Positions 26,302-32,000 of a stretch of DNA of 32,000 nt are shown here, piece after piece. The notes below the pieces were generated by a model. That model worked only from the letters and a program-made list of their open reading frames with translations. It was not told the DNA's origin and searched no databases. Both the position numbers and the translations under genes were made by a program. The DNA comes from Solobacterium sp. (GTDB lineage Bacteria; Bacillota_I; Bacilli_A; Erysipelotrichales; Erysipelotrichaceae): positions 1,664 to 33,663 of the forward strand of contig JAFRMA010000108.1 of assembly GCA_017430925.1 (NCBI GenBank), written 5' to 3'. Numbering within the stretch: position 1 is the first letter of the stretch; every line of letters begins with the position of its first letter.

Positions 26302-26340
26302 TTCTGTGTGGTAGAATAAAACATAAGTATTGAGGTTGAG

Positions 26341-27897
26341 ATGCAGAACTGGCATTCGTTATATGAAATCCTGCAGTTTCCGATCCGCGTGATCTTGTTC
26401 GCGGTTTTTCTGCTGGGAACGGGGAATCTTCTGGTCAACGATGCTTTCAGTATGTTTATCTCTGTAGATAATCAGGTCGTCTTACTGCTGGCACAGGCCA
26501 TGATCCGTCTGGGCACAATGGTGATTGTAAACTATCCCCTGATTTTTCTGATTCGTCTGGTAACACGGCGTGCAGGAAGTGCCACAGCGATCATTTCCGC
26601 ATTCCTGGGATATTTATCCTACCTGATCATGACCATGTATTTTGCCAGGACAGATCTTCCTTCTACGGCATACAGTTCCATTCTGGGTATTTCTGCTACA
26701 ACGCTGTCCACGACCTTTGTGCAGGGCACAGTGCGGTATCCTTTACAGACCGGAGTAATTGCGGCAGGAATCGTGGCGGTGATCACCCTGACCTGTTACA
26801 GGCGTTCACGATATCATAGTGAATTCGGCCTCTTTGGCTTTATCACCAAGGATACGTGGTGTGTGATCAATACCTGTATATTCTGCGCTGCTGCAGGTAC
26901 TGCTGTAGCGTATGCCTGGCCTCTGGTCATACAGGCAATCACTTACGTGATCGACTTTATCAGTTCAGATACCACCAATCCTATAAACCTGAGTATCTAT
27001 GGTATATTTGACCGTTTCCTGACGACACTGAATCTGGGATCTTTAATCAAAGCTCCTTTCTGGTATGGGACCAGCGGAGGTTCCTGGATCAGTATGTCCG
27101 GAATCAGTATTGCCGGTGATGTCAACATCTGGACAAACCAGCTGAATGCTTCGGCGATCAGCGGGATGACCGGCAGATTCATTACCCCTTACTATATTGT
27201 CAATATTTTCGCGGTTCCGGGGATGTTGTGGGCTGTATATTCGATTCATACCGACCGGCTGGAACGCAGACGTCTTCGCGGATATTACATCCTGTTTTCA
27301 ATTATTTCCGTGTTCATGGGCGGAGCTCTGCCGCTGGAGATGACACTGTTCCTGCTGTGTCCGCTGCTGTACCTGATCCACATCGGTATTGTCGGTATTC
27401 TGTACAGTGTTTTCCAGTCCATGCATGTGTATCTTGGCTTCAATTATACCGGTACGAATACCGTGGCGGTCATGCCGGGAACTCTGCTGGAATATCTGGG
27501 ATACTTCCGGAATGCGTCGTTGTATCACTCGCTGATCGTGATTGCGGTTGTCGGTGTGATCTGTTTCTTCGGTTATTTCCTGATTACCAGGTTGTACTTC
27601 CAGTATCTTGCGCTGGATGTATTCCGCACGGGCGGCAAACAGAGATTTGTGGATGGTACGATTGAAGCTGTCGGCGGTCTCGACAACATCAAGCTGATCC
27701 ACTCTTCCGATACACGTCTGGTGATCAGTTTGTATGATCCTGCAAAGCTGAATGTGGATCGTCTGCGTGAACTGGGTTCTCTGCGTGTCTATGACACCAA
27801 GGCCGGACATGCGATTACTTTCGGCTCCGCATCCACCATTATCCGGATGGGAATCAATGAGAAATTGCGTAATGCAGTGCGTTCAAAGAACAGGTAA
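26341..27897 (+). CDS. PTS EIICB(Glc-family)-like membrane protein with substituted catalytic motifs
   Basis: The protein is colinear with PtsG-type EIIC: NYPLIFLI, IYGIFDRFL, TGRFITPYYIVNIFAVPGMLWAVY. GGALPLEM stands in place of GITEPIEF. The C-terminal EIIB-like domain reads AVGGLDNIKLIHSSDTRLVISLYD, with Ser where the phospho-Cys is expected. Confidence 0.75.
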   Translation: MQNWHSLYEILQFPIRVILFAVFLLGTGNLLVNDAFSMFISVDNQVVLLLAQAMIRLGTMVIVNYPLIFLIRLVTRRAGSATAIISAFLGYLSYLIMTMYFARTDLPSTAYSSILGISATTLSTTFVQGTVRYPLQTGVIAAGIVAVITLTCYRRSRYHSEFGLFGFITKDTWCVINTCIFCAAAGTAVAYAWPLVIQAITYVIDFISSDTTNPINLSIYGIFDRFLTTLNLGSLIKAPFWYGTSGGSWISMSGISIAGDVNIWTNQLNASAISGMTGRFITPYYIVNIFAVPGMLWAVYSIHTDRLERRRLRGYYILFSIISVFMGGALPLEMTLFLLCPLLYLIHIGIVGILYSVFQSMHVYLGFNYTGTNTVAVMPGTLLEYLGYFRNASLYHSLIVIAVVGVICFFGYFLITRLYFQYLALDVFRTGGKQRFVDGTIEAVGGLDNIKLIHSSDTRLVISLYDPAKLNVDRLRELGSLRVYDTKAGHAITFGSASTIIRMGINEKLRNAVRSKNR

Positions 27898-27911
27898 AGA
27901 GCCTGTTTTTT
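27888..27911 (+). terminator. intrinsic terminator overlapping the stop codon
   Basis: GAACAGG (27888-27894) pairs with CCTGTT(T) (27902-27908), followed by a T-run. Confidence 0.6.
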
Positions 27912-27949
27912 CATTGGCTTTCCAACGTTTTTTTATTCTCGGAAAGCAC

Positions 27950-27979
27950 TTGCATGACTGTAGATAGTGGTGATAGAAT
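27950..27979 (+). promoter_or_regulatory. candidate promoter with an extended -10
   Basis: TTGCAT (27950-27955), an 18-nt spacer, then TGaTAGAAT (TG at 27971-27972, TAGAAT at 27974-27979). Confidence 0.4.
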
Positions 27980-27991
27980 AAGGCTTACCTC

Positions 27992-28654
27992 ATGAAAAAG
28001 ATTAAGAATGTTTTAAAAATCTGTTTATGCAGTCTGGTACTCTTTGCGAATGCCGGTTTTAAATCCGATGAGTTTACATTTACTGCATTCAAGAATTATG
28101 AGCGTGAATTTAAGTCACAGTCTTTCGGCGCATGTTCATCGTCTAGCACAAAGACGTATGAGGATTACCGGATGATCACGGATCCGCAGTCCAGGCAGTA
28201 CAAACACATCCATGAACACATGACGGTAGATCCGGTCAGCGGATTCCTGTATGACGAGGATGGGTTTATCGGGGTTGCGCTTGGCTATCAGTTTGGGGCG
28301 ATCGGCACAAGATACTATATTGTATTGGATACGGGTATTATCCTTCCGGTAGTGAAGATCGATGCGAAGGCAGCGGTAGACGCCACGGACGGATGCAGCG
28401 CGAATCTGAACGCGAGTGTCATCGAGTTTGTGATTGACTCTGATGTGGCATACTCCTTCTTCGGCGGGAATAACGGTTATGTGAATAACGGGAACTACAA
28501 CAACTACGAATATTTCCGCGGAAATATTCTGGACTTCGAACTGGTTCTGGATGAGAAGCTGGAGGATGGTGTCATCTACGATGAAGCACCGGATGAACCG
28601 GAGAATCAGAAAGATTATTTCGAGCCGGAGATTCTTGTACAAGGTGGTTACTAA
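27992..28654 (+). CDS. secreted hypothetical protein (signal peptide); possibly a double-psi beta-barrel / 3D-like fold
   Basis: The N-terminal signal is MKKIKNVLKICLCSLVLFANAG. The segment GVALGYQFGAIGTRYYIVLDTGIILPVVKIDAKA loosely resembles the 3D/RlpA-type layout. The tail is acidic. Confidence 0.6.
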   Translation: MKKIKNVLKICLCSLVLFANAGFKSDEFTFTAFKNYEREFKSQSFGACSSSSTKTYEDYRMITDPQSRQYKHIHEHMTVDPVSGFLYDEDGFIGVALGYQFGAIGTRYYIVLDTGIILPVVKIDAKAAVDATDGCSANLNASVIEFVIDSDVAYSFFGGNNGYVNNGNYNNYEYFRGNILDFELVLDEKLEDGVIYDEAPDEPENQKDYFEPEILVQGGY

Positions 28655-28677
28655 AGGGTGAGAAATCATCCTTTTTT
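28655..28677 (+). terminator. intrinsic terminator
   Basis: AGGGTGA (28655-28661) pairs with TCATCCT (28666-28672) across a GAAA tetraloop, with one G-U pair, followed by TTTTT. Confidence 0.75.
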
Positions 28678-28871
28678 CATATCCTGACAGGAAGAAACAG
28701 GGCAGGTGTTGATGAAAGCGAATATGGAAATATCAGACAGAAATAAATGAACGCGTTCGGTATGTAAAAGTATTTGATAAAATTAGATTAAAATATATTC
28801 TCTGTGATGAAAAAGCGTGTAAGTCCTTTATTTATCGCATTTTTTGTGAGTTCACTCCATGTAAAAAAAGG

Positions 28872-28901
28872 TTGTATTATACGATAGTTGACATATATAA
28901 T
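28872..28901 (+). promoter_or_regulatory. candidate promoter of the orphan gene
   Basis: TTGTAT (28872-28877), an 18-nt spacer, then TATAAT (28896-28901). The inverted repeat ACGATA (28881-28886) / TATCGT (28902-28907) brackets the -10. Confidence 0.35.
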
Positions 28902-28927
28902 TATCGTGATATTTGTTTGGAGGTCAT

Positions 28928-29770
28928 ATGGCGATTTACACGATTATTGATTCACAGGTCGACATCCGCCATAATGGAGAGGACTGCACATTCAACGGCT
29001 ATCTTGAAGACTATCTGGGAATAACGGAAGATCTGGATCCCGTGCTGAGAGAAGCCTTCACAAAAATTTCAGAGAAAGATACAAACGTTAAAATCTGCGT
29101 TGGTTTAAAAGCTGAAATCAACCGCGATGCGATCAGTAACCAGATCATACGATACAAAGATGTTTTTAAATTAAATGGTAAGGTATTTAACCTGCCGTAT
29201 CTGGTCTATTCTAAACGGGAAGATATTGAACGTGCATTACTGGTTATTCCATACAGTCGTTACGGTTATATCTATGCAAAAGGTTTTTACTACTGCATGA
29301 CAGAACCGGGCGGAGTATTTGTGGACTGTAAAAACGATATCGTGGCTATTTGTTCCAATCAGGCGGAAAAGATCGTCAACGCGTTTGAAGATCTGTTTAC
29401 AAAAAAAGCAGGTGCAATCCAGAGAGGTATCGACAGAGAGTACTTCTCCAGCTATGATGACCTGAAGCGTGAAGGCCTGGAAGCTGCTGCACTTCTGAAA
29501 GAAGAAGCACAGACAGAGTTATCCAGGATCACAGATCGTACACTGTCGATCTACAAGTATGTCATCCGCTGGTTCCTGATCAAGAAAGTTCTGTATGTAC
29601 AGTACATGGTCAATAAGGATATCCTGAATTCTGTACATGATCAGAACATCAAGAAACAAAGAAACCAGGCGAAGATGAATGCGGATGAAGTAGTCTTCCT
29701 CAGTTTCAGTGAGATGTGGCATATACCTGCCGCGCAGACGGAAGAAGAGAACTTGGAAAACGAAGAATAA
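28928..29770 (+). CDS. hypothetical protein (no family recognised)
   Basis: ATG 28928 lies 5 nt after GGAGG (28919-28923). The listed start at 28913 is TTG. The protein is 280 aa with an acidic C-terminal tail. Confidence 0.6.
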   Translation: MAIYTIIDSQVDIRHNGEDCTFNGYLEDYLGITEDLDPVLREAFTKISEKDTNVKICVGLKAEINRDAISNQIIRYKDVFKLNGKVFNLPYLVYSKREDIERALLVIPYSRYGYIYAKGFYYCMTEPGGVFVDCKNDIVAICSNQAEKIVNAFEDLFTKKAGAIQRGIDREYFSSYDDLKREGLEAAALLKEEAQTELSRITDRTLSIYKYVIRWFLIKKVLYVQYMVNKDILNSVHDQNIKKQRNQAKMNADEVVFLSFSEMWHIPAAQTEEENLENEE

Positions 29771-29792
29771 ACATGGGTAACCATGTTTTTCT
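29770..29792 (+). terminator. intrinsic terminator between the orphan gene and telA
   Basis: AACATGG (29770-29776) pairs with CCATGTT (29781-29787) across a GTAA loop, followed by a T-run. Confidence 0.7.
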
Positions 29793-29813
29793 TATCAGCA
29801 CGGGAATAGGATG

Positions 29814-29822
29814 TGCTATACT
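29814..29822 (+). promoter_or_regulatory. extended -10 element (TGcTATACT) upstream of telA
   Basis: TG at 29814-29815 and TATACT at 29817-29822, 26 nt before ATG 29849. Confidence 0.35.
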
Positions 29823-29848
29823 TTGAACAGTGGAAGGAAATAAAGAAA

Positions 29849-31036
29849 ATGAGTGAAAATAATCGTCAGGCTCAGGAACAGAAGATTACATTGACTCTGA
29901 CTCCTGAAGAAGTAGAAACCAAACAAGAAGAAATCGTTCAGGCAGAAGTACCGGCACAGAAGACTATCGAAGATATGTACAATGATGCCAAGCTCTCTCC
30001 GGAAGAAAGAAAGACGGTCTCTGACTTTGCGGAAAAGATCAACATTACCGAATCCAATACGATTCTGGAATATGGTTCTGCAGCCCAGAAGAAAGTTACA
30101 GACTTCAGTGATACAGCATTACAGAATGTCAGAACCAAGGATCTTGGGGAAGTTGGTAACCTGTTAAGTGAACTGGTAGTAGAACTGAAAGGATTCAGTG
30201 TTGAAGAAGAGGAGAAGAAAGGCGGACTGTTCGGACTGTTCAAGAAAGGTGCGAACAAGGCAGAAGCCTTCAAAGCCAGATATGACAAGGCAGAAGCGAA
30301 CGTGGATAAGATTTCTGCTGTTCTGGAAGATCATCAGATTCAGTTACTGAAGGATATTGCTTTACTGGATCAGTTATATGAGAGAAACCAGTTGAATACC
30401 AAGGAATTATCCATGTATATCATTGCCGGTAAGAAGAAACTGAAGGAAGTCAGAGATAATGAACTTGCGGCACTGATTGCCAAGGCTAAAGCATCCGGTC
30501 TGCCGGAAGATGCGCAGGAAGCCAATGACCTGGCTCAGGCATGTGACCGTTTTGAGAAGAAACTGTATGATCTTGAACTGACAAGACAGGTATCTGTACA
30601 GATGGGTCCGCAGATCCGTTTACTGCAGAATAACGATACACTGATGACAGAGAAGATCCAGAGTACACTGGTTAATACCATTCCTCTGTGGAAGAACCAG
30701 ATCGTTCTGGCGTTAGGTATCAGTCATTCCAAGGAAGCGATGGAAGCCGAGAGAGAAGTTACCAACATGACCAACGAACTTCTCAAGAAGAATGCGGAAA
30801 CACTGCACCAGGCTACCGTAGAGACCGCAAAAGAGAGCGAAAGAGGTATTGTGGATCTGGAGACTCTCCAGCATACCAACCAGGAACTGATCGCCACCCT
30901 GGACGAAGTGATCGCCATCCAGAGAGACGGGCGCGCAAAACGTCGTGCAGCCGAGCAGGAACTGGCACGGATCGAGAACCAGCTGTCCAACAAACTACTG
31001 GAAATCGATATCCAGAAAGATATCACAAGAAACTAA
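29849..31036 (+). CDS. telA: toxic anion resistance protein TelA family (YaaN-like)
   Basis: LSPEERKTVSDFAEKINITESNTILEYGSAAQKKVTDFSDTALQNVRTKDLGEVGNLLSELVVELKGF and the downstream coiled-coil body match the TelA/YaaN pattern. ATG 29849 follows GGAAGGAAA. The listed start at 29813 is GTG. Confidence 0.9.
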   Translation: MSENNRQAQEQKITLTLTPEEVETKQEEIVQAEVPAQKTIEDMYNDAKLSPEERKTVSDFAEKINITESNTILEYGSAAQKKVTDFSDTALQNVRTKDLGEVGNLLSELVVELKGFSVEEEEKKGGLFGLFKKGANKAEAFKARYDKAEANVDKISAVLEDHQIQLLKDIALLDQLYERNQLNTKELSMYIIAGKKKLKEVRDNELAALIAKAKASGLPEDAQEANDLAQACDRFEKKLYDLELTRQVSVQMGPQIRLLQNNDTLMTEKIQSTLVNTIPLWKNQIVLALGISHSKEAMEAEREVTNMTNELLKKNAETLHQATVETAKESERGIVDLETLQHTNQELIATLDEVIAIQRDGRAKRRAAEQELARIENQLSNKLLEIDIQKDITRN

Positions 31037-31059
31037 GACAAAGATTCAGTACCTAAGAG

Positions 31060-31085
31060 AGACGGATGAGATATCCGTCTTTTTC
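31060..31085 (+). terminator. intrinsic terminator of telA
   Basis: AGACGGAT (31060-31067) pairs with ATCCGTCT (31073-31080), followed by TTTT. Confidence 0.85.
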
Positions 31086-31170
31086 TTCAAAGTCTTTCAT
31101 TGCTGTAAAAAGAACTAAAACTATTATTACTTTACAATTTTAGGGAAAACATGTAGAGAGGTAAGCATAC

Positions 31171-31199
31171 GAAAACCGGAGAGATATTCTCCGGCTTTT
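31171..31199. terminator. bidirectional hairpin terminator (serves the minus-strand DUF169 gene)
   Basis: CCGGAGA (31176-31182) pairs with TCTCCGG (31188-31194). AAAA lies on the left and TTTT on the right. Confidence 0.7.
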
Positions 31200-31202
31200 A
31201 CA

Positions 31203-32000
31203 TTATTCCTTGTCTGTATCCAGTCCCCACTCTTGAAACAGGAAGTTGTAGAAAGCAGGTCTCTGGAAGTCTTCTTTGACAATGGGATTGAAGTGTCCTC
31301 TGGCACCAAGATCGATCCAGTACTGTACACCACGGTAGAATTCTTCATCTCTCTGATACGGTATTGTCAGGATCATGTCATCTTCCGGAGTTACTGCCCG
31401 TACCAGTTCTCCGGGGTCAGGTACCGTGATCCGGTAGTTTCCGTCCAGGAAGGGCGGGATGACGGAATAGGTACAGGAGTCAAGAGGAGTAAAGCTGTTC
31501 TCAGTAGGAATACCGGTCTGGGATTTAATTGCCAGTAAGGCTTTCAGAAGCTGGTGATTCTTACAGTAGATCAAGGTTATATCAGGTGTGAACTGCGCTT
31601 TATCCAGCGGTGCAATTAACATTCCCCGGTACTTGTTCATCGGCAGGCGGGGGAGATTCTCCAGGAAGGCAGAACCTTTCTCCGGATCCTCAATCTCGAT
31701 TCTTTCCGCAACAGCGTTGAATCCCGGCGTATTGCGTTCCCATGGTACCATTCCGAAGGTGATCAGCGGACTCCAGCACCAGTGATCCTGTTTGCGCATG
31801 TAGATCGTTCTGCCGTCTCTGCGGGATATCGCAAAGGCCTGACAGAGGGCAAGGTGATGGTGTTCGTGTTCCATCGGACGTAAAGCATCTGCCGGCACGA
31901 GGGATTCATCCTCTTCAATCAACTTGATCGCTACAGCCGGATAACGAAGATCTAGATAACGGTAAAGCAATTCCTGTTTGGATAGATTTGTTTCAGGCAT
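31203..32000 (-). CDS. DUF169-like protein
   Basis: The ~265-aa protein has PAVAIKLIEE, LALCQAFAISRRDGRTIYMRKQDHWCWSPLITFGM and SCTYSVIPPF, reminiscent of DUF169. The ATG sits exactly at the window edge, so a longer N-terminus cannot be excluded. Confidence 0.45.
   Translation of the reverse strand: MPETNLSKQELLYRYLDLRYPAVAIKLIEEDESLVPADALRPMEHEHHHLALCQAFAISRRDGRTIYMRKQDHWCWSPLITFGMVPWERNTPGFNAVAERIEIEDPEKGSAFLENLPRLPMNKYRGMLIAPLDKAQFTPDITLIYCKNHQLLKALLAIKSQTGIPTENSFTPLDSCTYSVIPPFLDGNYRITVPDPGELVRAVTPEDDMILTIPYQRDEEFYRGVQYWIDLGARGHFNPIVKEDFQRPAFYNFLFQEWGLDTDKE

Noticed and set aside
27228-27665. The 145-aa alternative-frame + strand ORF inside the EIICB-like gene, and the 122-aa ORF at 30688..31056 inside telA.
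   Set aside because: They are out-of-frame overlaps with strongly supported genes. The products are Arg/Cys/Gly-rich with no motifs.
1-32000. A window-wide search for a mobile element, prophage, CRISPR array, tRNA/rRNA genes, or a classical defence island.
   Set aside because: I saw no integrase, transposase, recombinase, Cas, restriction-modification or toxin-antitoxin signatures. I also saw no repeat-spacer periodicity and no tRNA-like T-arm sequences. Only local GC dips hint at gene acquisition.

Overview
This is a chromosomal segment from a Gram-positive (Bacillota) anaerobe. The evidence is a T-box leader, a lipobox lipoprotein, the hprK-ppaX-rapZ-yvcK-whiA synteny, GGAGG-type RBSs and hairpin-plus-T-run terminators. 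I support about 28 protein genes, 25 of them on the + strand. I found no rRNA, tRNA, CRISPR array, integrase or transposase.

Layout by region:
- 1-4400: an edge-truncated protein built from Vsr/DUF559-like nuclease-fold modules, followed by small-enzyme genes (aldo/keto reductase, HAD hydrolase, cytidylate-kinase-like protein) with patchy GC, then a 320-nt structured non-coding gap.
- 4400-10136: a divergently transcribed GntR/FCD regulator and a 4-gene operon (HMGL-like DRE-TIM enzyme, MR-type enolase-superfamily dehydratase, alpha/beta hydrolase, GltS-family Na+ symporter). No textbook pathway matches it.
- 10425-11777: a Cthe_2159-type beta-helix lipoprotein.
- 11867-16250: a tightly coupled housekeeping block, hprK-HAD(PpaX-like)-rapZ-yvcK-whiA.
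- 16243-22435: a small 2-TM protein, an XpaC-like membrane protein, a chimeric two-domain AAA+ ATPase, and a separately transcribed membrane-anchored C11 (clostripain-like) peptidase.
- 22533-26301: a cold-shock protein, a Dabb protein, T-box-controlled metG, and nadK.
- 26341-27897: a PTS EIICB-like protein in which every catalytic hallmark I can check is substituted.
- 27992-32000: a secreted protein, an orphan 280-aa protein, TelA, and DUF169.

The best candidates for something undescribed are the XpaC-like / chimeric AAA+ / C11 peptidase envelope module, the GntR-controlled acid-catabolic operon with an unusual enzyme mix, and the degenerate EIICB paralog.

All functional calls come from motif recognition by eye in the supplied translations. 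No database search was run. The GC values are my own hand counts on single 100-nt samples.
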